A stretch of DNA of 64,000 nt from an uncultured Planctomycetaceae bacterium (GTDB taxonomy: Bacteria; Planctomycetota; Planctomycetia; Planctomycetales; Planctomycetaceae): positions 96,001-160,000 of the forward strand of contig CAWFGE010000006.1 of the NCBI GenBank assembly GCA_963815195.1. Reading direction: 5' to 3'. How positions within the stretch are numbered: the stretch's first letter is position 1; each line of letters begins with the position of its first letter. Positions 1-9,020 of this stretch are shown here, one piece after another. Below the pieces are notes generated by a model, which worked only from the letters and a program-made list of their open reading frames with translations, ran no database searches and was not told where the DNA came from. The translations under genes and the position numbers were made by a program.

Positions 1-911
1 GACATATCCCGGCTCACCGTAATCAGGTGATCGTTCTTCAAGGAAAACGTCGTCCCGAACACCCAGTCGGCGTGGGCGTCGAACCGCATGATGATTTTGC
101 CCTCCTTGACATCGATGACGCGAGCCCGGTTATCCGCTCCGCCAAATGCGAGTCTGTGTGCCCTTGTCGTTGAAGCTCGCCCCGAACAGCGTATCGGGTG
201 CCACCGTCATCGAGAGGGCCAGCTTGCGATCGGCCACGTTCCAAATCTGGGCCTCCCCGAACAAAGCCGGCGTGCCGCCGACGGCCGCCAGTTGCGACCC
301 GTCCGGCGAGAAGCACAAGGATTCGATCCGCTGCGACCGCCCCACCAGCCGAGCCAGGCGTTCGCTGCCGTCGGCTTTGTGCAGCAGGATTTCCTGAAAG
401 CCCGACACCGCGATTAGCCCGCTGTCCGGCGAATAGGCGAGGGCCGTGATCACCGGCGGCCTGACGTACCGCGGCGGGTTCTCGGCGGAGATGACTTCTT
501 CGAGCCTCGCAGGCGTGTCGTCTTCGCGCCTTCCTTGATCCAGCGGGCGATGAGATCGACCTGCTTCTTGTCCAAAGGCTCGGCGTTCAACGGCATCTCG
601 GGCTTGTCGCCGGAGATGTAATCCAGGATCAGGCTTTCGTCGGGCTTGCCGGGCGTGAAGGCTTCGCCGTTCTCGCCGCCTTTCTGGAAATCGGCAAAAG
701 ACGTGAGCAGCAATTGCCCACCTTTTTTCGCCGGCTGATGGCAGCCCGAGCAATGCCTCTGCAAAATCGGCCGCACTTGCCGGTAAAAGCTGACTTGCTG
801 CTGCTCTTGATCCGCGAGTTGCTCTTGAGCCGCGAGCGGACCGCACAGCAAGGCCCAAGCGACGAAAGCCGCGAGTTGGAAAACAGAGGTTTGCGTCAGA
901 CAACTTTTCAC
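1..911 (-). CDS. Planctomycete cytochrome c domain + WD40 repeat protein (partial at window edge, two frameshifts near 525 and 155)
   Basis: Signal peptide, then VSFYRQVRPILQRHCSGCH (CxxCH) ... GKPDESL ... EMP ... IARWIKEGA (ORF 450..968); continues in ORF 130..903 with WD-type repeats (ALAYSPDSG, SLCFSPDGSQLAA), then a third frame (AHADWVFGTTFS). Confidence 0.8.
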
Positions 912-1019
912 GATGTCACCTTTGGATCGACCTTTGGATGGATCGCTTTTGGTTCTTCGAAACATCATGGGGCATACGCCCCACGCTCGCCTTTGTCCAT
1001 GATACCGCGACCGGAGGGA

Positions 1020-1778
1020 TTAGCGTACCGGGCCCCAGATTTTTTCCAAGAGGGCGTACATTTCGGGATCGTGCTCTTTCAGCTCGGCCCGCACGAACGG
1101 GTAGAAATCGTTGACGCCGAAATACGCCTCGGTGGATTCCGCGAAATATTCCTTGTGGTTGGTGAGGCCGTAGTGCCGAACTTTCTTGCCCGTGTATAAG
1201 AGCACCTTTTCGTAGAGGCCTTTTTCCTCGGCGTTCTTGAAGACCTGAATCACATCGGGATTGTCGAAGCTCAGGATTTGATCGTGGTAGCCGTGGGCCA
1301 ATTCGTGCAACACAACGTAAGGATGCTTCGCCCACATCCGGCGGTTGTAGAGTTCCCGGGCCTGCGGAATGTGCACGTGCCCCACCAGTCGGGGATCGTG
1401 CTTGTGGGCCAACAGCCAGCCTCGGTTGGGATGATACTGCATCCCCCGGATGTTCGGGTTGTCGAGTTCCAGCCAGATGCGGATCTTTTTGAGATCGGCG
1501 AGCCGATCTTTGGGGACGATAAACTCCACCCGCTGCAAATGGTTCGCGAGGGCTTTGAAAGCCAGTTCCCGGACCTCGGCGTTTTCTTCTTGAAGCAACT
1601 GCGGATCGACGTCGATCGTCCAGCCTTCGACCGTTTGCTCGATGGGATCATAAAACGCCGGGGCGTCGGTATGACCTGCCTTGGCGGCAACGGCCGGCTG
1701 GGGTTCCGCCCGCACGGGTTGAGCGAAGCCCAAAATCAAAAGCAGGATCAAAGCCGAGGGCCGACGATTGCGAGACAT
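1020..1778 (-). CDS. Secreted zinc metallopeptidase (HExxH; lethal-factor/Pro-Pro endopeptidase-like)
   Basis: Signal peptide, VVLHELAHGYH zinc motif, downstream NHKEYFAESTEAYF. Confidence 0.75.
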   Translation of the reverse strand: MSRNRRPSALILLLILGFAQPVRAEPQPAVAAKAGHTDAPAFYDPIEQTVEGWTIDVDPQLLQEENAEVRELAFKALANHLQRVEFIVPKDRLADLKKIRIWLELDNPNIRGMQYHPNRGWLLAHKHDPRLVGHVHIPQARELYNRRMWAKHPYVVLHELAHGYHDQILSFDNPDVIQVFKNAEEKGLYEKVLLYTGKKVRHYGLTNHKEYFAESTEAYFGVNDFYPFVRAELKEHDPEMYALLEKIWGPVR

Positions 1779-1922
1779 GCCAAACTCCACCGAGAATTGT
1801 GCTGACCGGTTTGATTTCTGTAATTCATGATTCTGTGAATGGATTCCTTTTCCCCAGACTCATTGAAACCCCGCCCCTGCGTGCTGTCAACCGGCGGGCC
1901 GATCCTCATCAGTGCCCCGACG

Positions 1923-1956
1923 AAAAAAAGCACGAGCCGGTGATCGGCTCGTGCTT
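1923..1956 (-). terminator. Rho-independent terminator of the Cys-rich repeat gene
   Basis: Perfect 12-bp stem aagcacgagccg/cggctcgtgctt, with an A7 run on + (U-tract on -), ~30 bp past the stop codon. Confidence 0.85.
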
Positions 1957-1987
1957 CGGTTTGGAGTTTGAGTAACCAATCCAGCGT

Positions 1988-3400
1988 TTAGGGTGCCTTG
2001 CGCACGGCGGGATCGGTGTTCGGGGCGCGTTCCTTTTCGGGAACCGGGGTCGGTTTGTTCGAGTCTTGGAACGTCGGCGTGGGTTCTTGAACCGGATTCG
2101 GAGCCGGGTTGGGATTCGGAGCCGGGTTGGGATTCGGAGCCGGGTTGGGATTCGTTTCAAGGCCGCAATCGCCGGTGGAACAGTCCGTGCACGTCGGAGC
2201 CCCGCAAGGCGTGGGGCAGACCGTCACCGGGACCATCTGGCAAACTTCATAAGCGACCTGCCGGGGCACGCATTTGGCGACCATGCGGGTGCAGGTCACC
2301 GGGACTTGCTTCGCCACGCAATGCGGAATTCGCTCGGTCACGGTATAAGGTACGCGTTTTGTCACGCACACGGGAACTTTCCGGCAGCAGGTTTCTTCCA
2401 CCCAGCGGCACGTTTGCACCGGGACTTTGCGGGTGCGGGTCTCGCAGACCATCCGGCAGGTGCGGATCGGGATCTTCTGGCAATGCGTTTCCCGGACCCA
2501 GCGGCACGTGCGGACGGGCACCTTTTGCACGATCTCTTCGGAAACCATTCGGCAGGTGCGATACGGGATTTTTTGAACGATTGTCTCCGGCACATAGCGG
2601 CAGACTTGCACCGGGCATTGCTTGCGGACGACTTGCGGGCAGCACGTCGTGCAGGGAATCTGCCGGCAGACGACGTTCGGCTGCCAAACCCGCTTGCAGC
2701 ACGTGATGCCCGGACAGCGGACCATGCAAATCCGCGGTCCCGTGCAGGGGTCGCAGACCAGCCGCGGTAGCACCGGGCCGGGGATGCAGACTTTTTGCGT
2801 CGTCCAGCAGCCGCGGTCTTCGGTCACGGTGCGGTAGGTGGTGACGGGCCGCATCACGGTGTAGCAGCGTTCTTGCATCACGGTTTCGGTGACGGGCCGC
2901 ATCACGGTCTTCCGGCATTCGCGTTCGCAGGTCTCCCACACCGGCCGCATCACGGTCCGCCGGCATTCGCGTTCGCAGGTCTCCCACACGGGCCGGCAAG
3001 TGGTGTAGTTGCATTCCTTGTAACATGTTTCCCACACCGGCTTTTGGACTTGATAGGCCTCTTCCCGGCAACTCGTTTCGACAACCGGCTTGCGGACGGT
3101 GTATTGCTCGTCCCGGAACGCGGTTTCGGTCACGTTGCGATAGCACGTTTGCTGCCGATCTTCGTACACAGTCTCGTACACTGTTTTATTGACGGTGTAC
3201 TGCTCCGGCTGATAGCAGGTTTCGTAAACCGTGCGGTAGCAAGTCGTTCGCTCGACCCGGCACGCGGTGTAGCACGCGGTTGGCTGACACGCCGTCGTCG
3301 GGCAGCATTGGTAGCTTGCCGCCCCGCAATAGCCGGCCTCCGCACGGGCACCGGCCAAGGCCAGCACGGCGAGAACGGCTCCGCCCAAGATGTTTCTCAT
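1988..3400 (-). CDS. Secreted Cys/Val/Thr/Pro-rich YTV-type repeat protein (planctomycete envelope protein family)
   Basis: Signal peptide MRNILGGAVLAVLALAGARAEAG; repeats EQYTVxKPVxET, CRPVWETCERE, VPVxxCRxVxE; Pro/Asn-rich tail; RBS ggagga upstream. Confidence 0.8.
   Translation of the reverse strand: MRNILGGAVLAVLALAGARAEAGYCGAASYQCCPTTACQPTACYTACRVERTTCYRTVYETCYQPEQYTVNKTVYETVYEDRQQTCYRNVTETAFRDEQYTVRKPVVETSCREEAYQVQKPVWETCYKECNYTTCRPVWETCERECRRTVMRPVWETCERECRKTVMRPVTETVMQERCYTVMRPVTTYRTVTEDRGCWTTQKVCIPGPVLPRLVCDPCTGPRICMVRCPGITCCKRVWQPNVVCRQIPCTTCCPQVVRKQCPVQVCRYVPETIVQKIPYRTCRMVSEEIVQKVPVRTCRWVRETHCQKIPIRTCRMVCETRTRKVPVQTCRWVEETCCRKVPVCVTKRVPYTVTERIPHCVAKQVPVTCTRMVAKCVPRQVAYEVCQMVPVTVCPTPCGAPTCTDCSTGDCGLETNPNPAPNPNPAPNPNPAPNPVQEPTPTFQDSNKPTPVPEKERAPNTDPAVRKAP
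2094..2154. repeat. 18-bp tandem repeat (~3.4 copies) encoding NPNPAP
   Basis: ggattcggagccgggttg x3 plus ggattcg. Confidence 0.95.
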
Positions 3401-3830
3401 TGTTGTTCCTCCCAAGATGTCAGTAGGATCGAGACCCGGCCCGGCACTGCATCTTGCAGCGATTAAAATGTTTCCGCCTCGGATTATCCGGAGAGAGTCC
3501 GCAAGTTGCAAAGAATTTCTCATTACAATTCTCCGCAAATCCGGAACTGGGTCCCGTTGGTCAGGTCGCCACTATAGCGTAGGCTATGGAAGGCAGGCGT
3601 TTTGCGAAGGCTTTGCGGATCCGGGGAGATTGGCTGTTGAAAATTCGCCACATCCCGGAACAGTCCGAGAGACACGCAGAGTTTCCCCAGCACGACAAAA
3701 GCGGTCGCGGTTGAAACCATTTGTGGATAAGCTGGAGTACAGATTGTACAGAAAAAACGGGACTGCCGGCGTTTGGTCCATCGCCCAACGCGCGCGGTCC
3801 GGGAAAACTCTTTGAGGAAAGGCGCCTGCT

Positions 3831-5555
3831 GTGATCGGTTTTCGATTGTCGGATGGGAAAGACGGCGTTCCGTTTCCGGGAATCCGCCGGAGTCTGTTGG
3901 TGGTGTTGCTCTCGCTGGCGGGGCTGTTGGGCCGCGGAGCCGGTGCCGTTCAAGGGCAGGAAGCCGAAACCCCCGTGGGAAAGCTGCCGCCGGTGTTGGT
4001 GCTCAACGCGGCGGGAGTGGACCGGATGTTGGGCGATGTGAACTATATGTTCAAAACCATAGGCCGGGCGGATCTGATGGACGTGATCAACGGGTTCTTG
4101 GGGAACGCCGGGAACCTGAAAGGCCTCGACCGCAAGAAATCAATGGGGCTGATGTTGTACTTCAAACCCGGTTTGACGCCGGGCGTCGATCCGGTGAGCT
4201 ACGTTCCCGTGGATAACATCGCCGACCTGTTGAAAACCCTGGAACTCGGCCCCATCAAGACGAAACCCGTGGCGGGCGAAGAGAACCGCTACGAAATCGA
4301 AGGCCCCCGGCGATCGTTCTACGTCCAATTTCAAGGCGGCTATGCGTATGTCGCAAATAACCTCGAAGCCTTCGACCGCGAGTTGCCCGATCCCGGCCCA
4401 CTGACGCAAGGGATGACAACTCGCTACGACCTGGCGGTTTCGATCAACATGGACGGCGTTCCAGAGGGCATGCGGACGATGGTCATGGATCTGCTCCGCG
4501 CCCAAATGTCGGCCCAACTCCAGCAGCGCGACGATGAGCCGGACGCCCCGTACCGCGCTCGCAAGGCCGCGGGCATGAACAACCTGAAAATGATCGAAGC
4601 CCTCCTCAAAGACGGGCAAAGCTTTACGCTCGGTTTGGATGCTTCGCAGGAAACCAAGAGCATCGTCGTCGAACTGGAAATGAAGGCCCGCCCCAAGAGT
4701 GCCTTCGCCAAAGATCTCAAAAACTTCCCCGGCAAGCCCACGCAGTTCGCCAACATCTATTCCGAGCGCATTCCGCTGGCGGCGACGGGATCGTGGACCC
4801 TCCAAAAGGACGACAAAAAGGTTTTCAGCGAACTTGTCCAAGCTCTCGATGCGGGGCTGACCGAGGCGATGACGAAACAGAACCTCGATCCCACGCCGGT
4901 GGCGGGCATCGTCAAGTCGCTCGGGTCCACGGTCAATTCCGGCTCGGTGGACTTCTTCCTGCAGTTCGTCGGCGAGCCGCCCGGAAAGTTTGTGCTCTTA
5001 GGCGGACTGAAAATCGACCTGGCGGGCGATTTCGCGGCGGGTCTCCAGGGCGTCTTGCAGCAACTCTCCAAGCTGCCCGAAATCGCCGAGTTGGAGATGA
5101 ACGCCGAGTCCCACAACGGCATCAGCCTGCATCGCCTGCTGGCCAAAGGCGACGGCCGGCCTCCCGAACAACGGCTCTACGGCGGCATGCCCGCGCTTTA
5201 CATCGGCGCGGGACGCGGCGCGGTGTGGTTTGCGTTGGGACGCGAAGGAGCCGCCGAGAAGCTCAAAGAAGCCATCACCCAGGTAGAAACCATCCCCGAC
5301 CAGCCGATCCCTCCCGACAAAATCGCCCCGTTCCAAATGGTGCTCAACCTTTCGAGTTGGGTGGGATTGAATCCGGACGCGAAAGGCGCTGGCCGTCAAG
5401 CCGCCCGCGATGCGTTCACGCCGGAAAACGACCTGATGCGGATCACCAGCCGGCCCATCGAAAACGGCTTCCGCTTGAAATTCCAACTCGACGAAGGCTT
5501 CATCAAATACCTGGGCATCCGCGCTTCCGAAAGATTAGACCGGAGCCAGCTCTGA
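3831..5555 (+). CDS. Conserved hypothetical exported protein (start uncertain)
   Basis: 574-aa ORF with an N-terminal hydrophobic segment and genome-typical codon usage. Confidence 0.8.
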   Translation: MIGFRLSDGKDGVPFPGIRRSLLVVLLSLAGLLGRGAGAVQGQEAETPVGKLPPVLVLNAAGVDRMLGDVNYMFKTIGRADLMDVINGFLGNAGNLKGLDRKKSMGLMLYFKPGLTPGVDPVSYVPVDNIADLLKTLELGPIKTKPVAGEENRYEIEGPRRSFYVQFQGGYAYVANNLEAFDRELPDPGPLTQGMTTRYDLAVSINMDGVPEGMRTMVMDLLRAQMSAQLQQRDDEPDAPYRARKAAGMNNLKMIEALLKDGQSFTLGLDASQETKSIVVELEMKARPKSAFAKDLKNFPGKPTQFANIYSERIPLAATGSWTLQKDDKKVFSELVQALDAGLTEAMTKQNLDPTPVAGIVKSLGSTVNSGSVDFFLQFVGEPPGKFVLLGGLKIDLAGDFAAGLQGVLQQLSKLPEIAELEMNAESHNGISLHRLLAKGDGRPPEQRLYGGMPALYIGAGRGAVWFALGREGAAEKLKEAITQVETIPDQPIPPDKIAPFQMVLNLSSWVGLNPDAKGAGRQAARDAFTPENDLMRITSRPIENGFRLKFQLDEGFIKYLGIRASERLDRSQL

Positions 5556-5556
5556 T
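5344..5556 (+). repeat. 213-bp direct repeat copy 1 (3' end of the 3831..5555 gene)
   Basis: Identical to 6347..6559 except C5510/T6513 (synonymous TAC/TAT). Confidence 0.95.
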
Positions 5557-5731
5557 CATGATCGAAACGATTAAACGGTCGAGTCGGAGAGGTTCGCGGG
5601 GCCGCCCCTTTCCTCGTCAAACCGGCTTTGGTTCGCGGCTTGTCGGGTGGTCGGTCAAAAAATCGATTGGATTCTAGTTCTATGCTGCATTGTGTCTTGG
5701 AAACCCCGTCGAACACCTTTTTTGTTGAAGG

Positions 5732-6292
5732 ATGCCCCAAATGTCGTCGTTCCGAACAACTAGTCTTTTGGGATTGATCGGATTGGGATTGCTTGGATGT
5801 GGGGCGATGTCGGTCGAAAGTGAACCGAGCGATCCAAAAACCGATTATCGGAGTTTTAGGGCGGCTTGCCGCCGAAAATCGGAGCAGTATGGATTCGGGG
5901 TCAAGGGGATCAAGCACGGTGACAAGATTTCTTGGAGCTTGCCGCTTCAGTCCGTCTCCGAGGAGGCGATTCAATTCCAGCCGAAGTACCCCATGCGGGC
6001 AGGCTTCGTGTTAGAATTTCACCCTGCCAAAGATTCGTTGGAAACGTGGAAAGCGTTGAAACCTGGTTCCGAAGTCCCATTTACCGGAGAGATCCATTTC
6101 ACCCGTTTCTTGTATTACCTGGGCCGAAGCGTTCTTCCATCGCAGTTTGAAACGATTCCCGGAGGAAAGGTTCCCGATTCTCCAAGCGGCGGCGGACTCT
6201 CGATGCAAGAGAAACAATATGGTTACCATGTCGATTTGGAAATTGTGATTGAGAATTGCAGACCCGCCACAGGAAAATCAAAAGTCGAGTAG
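5732..6292 (+). CDS. Putative lipoprotein lying between the direct repeats
   Basis: 186-aa ORF with a lipobox-like LGLLGC; visibly AT-richer than its neighbours. Confidence 0.65.
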   Translation: MPQMSSFRTTSLLGLIGLGLLGCGAMSVESEPSDPKTDYRSFRAACRRKSEQYGFGVKGIKHGDKISWSLPLQSVSEEAIQFQPKYPMRAGFVLEFHPAKDSLETWKALKPGSEVPFTGEIHFTRFLYYLGRSVLPSQFETIPGGKVPDSPSGGGLSMQEKQYGYHVDLEIVIENCRPATGKSKVE

Positions 6293-6346
6293 GTCGTGTC
6301 CGGTGAATCCCTCGTGAAGATCATTCCAAGATCCGATTCGCCGGAA

Positions 6347-6559
6347 TCAACCTTTCGAGTTGGGTGGGATTGAATCCGGACGCGAAAGGCGCTGGCCGTC
6401 AAGCCGCCCGCGATGCGTTCACGCCGGAAAACGACCTGATGCGGATCACCAGCCGGCCCATCGAAAACGGCTTCCGCTTGAAATTCCAACTCGACGAAGG
6501 CTTCATCAAATATCTGGGCATCCGCGCTTCCGAAAGATTAGACCGGAGCCAGCTCTGAT
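6347..6559 (+). pseudogene. 213-bp direct repeat copy 2: orphan 3' fragment of the upstream gene
   Basis: Encodes the same C-terminus (GLNPDAKG...ERLDRSQL*) with no 5' part; preceded by hairpin tccggtgaatc/gattcgccgga (6299-6345). Confidence 0.9.
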
Positions 6560-6579
6560 TTTGTTCTGCCAAAGGATTT

Positions 6580-6768
6580 AACGCGAAGCTCGCAAAGAGA
6601 AGACGCAAAGAAGAACGCGATTTGAGCGCTTGCCAAGATATTACCGGCAAGCGCCCGTCTCGTCGGCTAATGCAGCCGGGACGGTTCCACCAAAAGCGCA
6701 CGAACTTTGGAACTCGTGAAATTAACACCTTTGCGCCGCATTGCGTCTTCTCTTCGCGCCTTTGCGTT
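6580..6768. repeat. Imperfect inverted repeat pair (aacgcgaag...cgcaaag / ctttgcg...ctttgcgtt) enclosing a ~55-bp dispersed repeat
   Basis: The inner segment cgtctcgtcggctaatgcagccgggacggttc (~6656-6687) recurs near 57838-57869. Confidence 0.6.
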
Positions 6769-6788
6769 AAAAAATCTGGGCTACGCAA

Positions 6789-8114
6789 TCAGACCGTCGC
6801 CAACTCCGAGCGGAAGTGGGGCTTGGCGATTGCCAGGTCCGATGCGGCCAGGTCGTGGCGGGAGGCGGGTTTGGCGAACACCATTTGCACGGTGCCGATG
6901 TAGCGTTCCTCGAACGCCGCCTCGCAGTAGCAGAGGTAATACTCCCACATGCGGATGAACGATTCGGGATAGCCCTGCTCGCGGACGGCGTCGAGCTTCT
7001 CAAAAAACCGGTCCCGCCAGCAGCGGAGCGTCTGGGCGTAATGCGGGGCGATGTCCTCGAGATGCAGGACGCGAAGGTCGGTCATGCGGGCGATGGATTC
7101 CATGATCCGCCCCACCGAAGGCAGACAGCCGCCCGGGAAAATGTACCGCTGAATGAAATCCACGCTTCGCAAATAGCCGGCGAACCGCTGGTCGTTCATC
7201 ACGATCGCCTGCAGGCCCATCAAGCCTTCGGGCTTTAAGAGCGAACTGCATTTCTTGAAATACGCGTCGAAGAACCGGTGGCCCACGGCTTCGATCATTT
7301 CGATCGAAATCAACTTGTCATATTGGCCTTTGAGGTCGCGGTAGTCTTCCAGAAGTAAGGTGATTTGATTTTCCAGCCCCGCCTCACGCACGCGCTCGCG
7401 GGCGAAGGTGTGCTGCTCTTGAGAGATGGTCGTCGTGGTCACCCGGCAGCCGAATTTGCGGGCGGCGTGAATCGCGAGCGCCCCCCAGCCCGTGCCGATT
7501 TCCAACAGATGATCGCCGGGCTTTAGGTGCAGCTTCCGGCAGATGCGGTCGATCTTTTCCCGCGAAGCGTCCGTGAGGCTCGATTCCTGCGTGGAAAAAA
7601 TGCCCGAGGAATACGTCATCGTCTCGTCGAGGAACAGCGAAAAGAAATCGTTGCCCAGGTCGTAATGGGCGTGGATGTTCTTGCGGCTGCCGGCTTTGGT
7701 GTTCCGCCGCATGCGGTGCACGAACCAATCCACCACGTTGGCGAGCCGGGAGCCTTTGCCGGCGGCGGGCGTTTGATCCTGCATGTTGCGGATGATGATT
7801 TGAAACAACCGCGTGAGGTGATCGCAGTGCCAATGCCCTTCCATGTAGGATTCGGCCACGCCCAAGGTACCCCGGCGGACGGTCCGGCGGTAAAACGCGG
7901 GGTCGTGGATTTTCACCTGGAGTTCCCAGTCCGCGTCCGCGTCTCCGAGGGCGTGCGTGCCCAGGGCGTCCGTCAGCTGCAGCCGGCCGAACTCTAAATC
8001 CTGAAACTGCTTGAGCACGAGCTTTCGTGCCCAGTGGTCTTTCCAATTCCACTCGGAAACCGTTCGCAGCGAAGGCCGATGTTGGCCGTTGGTCGATGGG
8101 GCGGTGGTATTCAT
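6789..8114 (-). CDS. cfa: Cyclopropane-fatty-acyl-phospholipid synthase family methyltransferase (Cfa/UfaM-like)
   Basis: NIHAHYDLGNDFF, MTYSSG, LEIGTGWG SAM motif, SIEMIEAVG, DFIQRYIFPGG, WEYYLCYCEAAF. Confidence 0.92.
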   Translation of the reverse strand: MNTTAPSTNGQHRPSLRTVSEWNWKDHWARKLVLKQFQDLEFGRLQLTDALGTHALGDADADWELQVKIHDPAFYRRTVRRGTLGVAESYMEGHWHCDHLTRLFQIIIRNMQDQTPAAGKGSRLANVVDWFVHRMRRNTKAGSRKNIHAHYDLGNDFFSLFLDETMTYSSGIFSTQESSLTDASREKIDRICRKLHLKPGDHLLEIGTGWGALAIHAARKFGCRVTTTTISQEQHTFARERVREAGLENQITLLLEDYRDLKGQYDKLISIEMIEAVGHRFFDAYFKKCSSLLKPEGLMGLQAIVMNDQRFAGYLRSVDFIQRYIFPGGCLPSVGRIMESIARMTDLRVLHLEDIAPHYAQTLRCWRDRFFEKLDAVREQGYPESFIRMWEYYLCYCEAAFEERYIGTVQMVFAKPASRHDLAASDLAIAKPHFRSELATV

Positions 8115-8887
8115 GATGGGCGGGTTTGGGGGGTCTCGCGATGGTTGGGGTGAGGAAAAAACGGCACTTTTTTGAGCCACAGCTTGAGGGCTTGCCAATA
8201 GATCGCCGCGGCGACCTTGCCGGTCATCCACGGATGCCGGGCGAAGACGCGGGCCAACTGAAATCCCGTGATCGGCCGGCGGGACAGCAAAAACGTGACA
8301 TCAAACCATTTGGTGTTCTCGCGGAGGTTGTCGATGTGCACCGTCAAATGTTCGCCGGGTTCGCTGATCCGCCAGCGGTAGGTGTAGTCCATATCCAGAA
8401 ACGGCGAGACGTGAAACGCCTTGGGATGCTCGAAGCGGAGCAGTTGCCCCGCGCCCCGATCGGCGGAGCGGTCGAGCACGTAGCAATGCTCTTCGCCCCA
8501 GGGCGTGTTGTGGACTTCCGCCACGATGGTCTGCACCCTGGAGCCCTCGGCATCGAAGCAGTAGTAGAAACTCACCGGGTTCATCACGTAGCCGAAGTAG
8601 CGAAGATGCGTGAGCAACCGGATCGGACCAGAAGGCCGGCGGCCGGTTTCGGTTTCGACCCGATCGCGGACCGCGGCGTCCAATGGAACCTCCGGGTCGC
8701 CGAGATGATCTTCCCGGCGAAACCGCGCGGGGGCGACACGTTTCGTCGACCAGAACCAGCGGCCGCGGAAGACTTCGTCCAACTCCGCCAAGTCGAGGTA
8801 AAGCCAGAAACCGGAATAGGCGAAATCATGCGGCACCGGTAAAAACCGGCGATGCCTGACCCATCCGATATACAAACAGCTTTCCAT
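8111..8887 (-). CDS. DUF1365 family protein
   Basis: LYxGxVRHRR, YFGYVMNPVSFYYC, AEVHNTPWGE, KAFHVSPF, IYWQALKLWLK; overlaps the cfa start. Confidence 0.92.
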   Translation of the reverse strand: MESCLYIGWVRHRRFLPVPHDFAYSGFWLYLDLAELDEVFRGRWFWSTKRVAPARFRREDHLGDPEVPLDAAVRDRVETETGRRPSGPIRLLTHLRYFGYVMNPVSFYYCFDAEGSRVQTIVAEVHNTPWGEEHCYVLDRSADRGAGQLLRFEHPKAFHVSPFLDMDYTYRWRISEPGEHLTVHIDNLRENTKWFDVTFLLSRRPITGFQLARVFARHPWMTGKVAAAIYWQALKLWLKKVPFFPHPNHRETPQTRPS

Positions 8888-8934
8888 CGCGGCCCGCGGC
8901 CTTTTGTGTTTGGTGTCTAGAACAGGTTTCCTAG

Positions 8935-9019
8935 TCTGAGCGGTGGGTGCACGCCTCGGGTCTCGATGAAGGGAAGTCCTTCAAAACCAAGACCGGCGGC
9001 TAACGCCCAGCCGCTCAGA
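8935..9019. repeat. REP-doublet-like element (tgagcgg...ccgctca family)
   Basis: Terminal inverted repeat tctgagcgg/ccgctcaga; related arm at 46019 (gtgagcggcacggcgctagccgccgg). Confidence 0.55.
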
Positions 9020-9020
9020 T

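Noticed and set aside
5344..6559. Diversity-generating retroelement VR/TR pair (also considered for 49389-51191)
   Set aside because: No reverse transcriptase. The single mismatch in the first pair is C/T, and in the second pair the adenines are in the gene rather than in the putative template.
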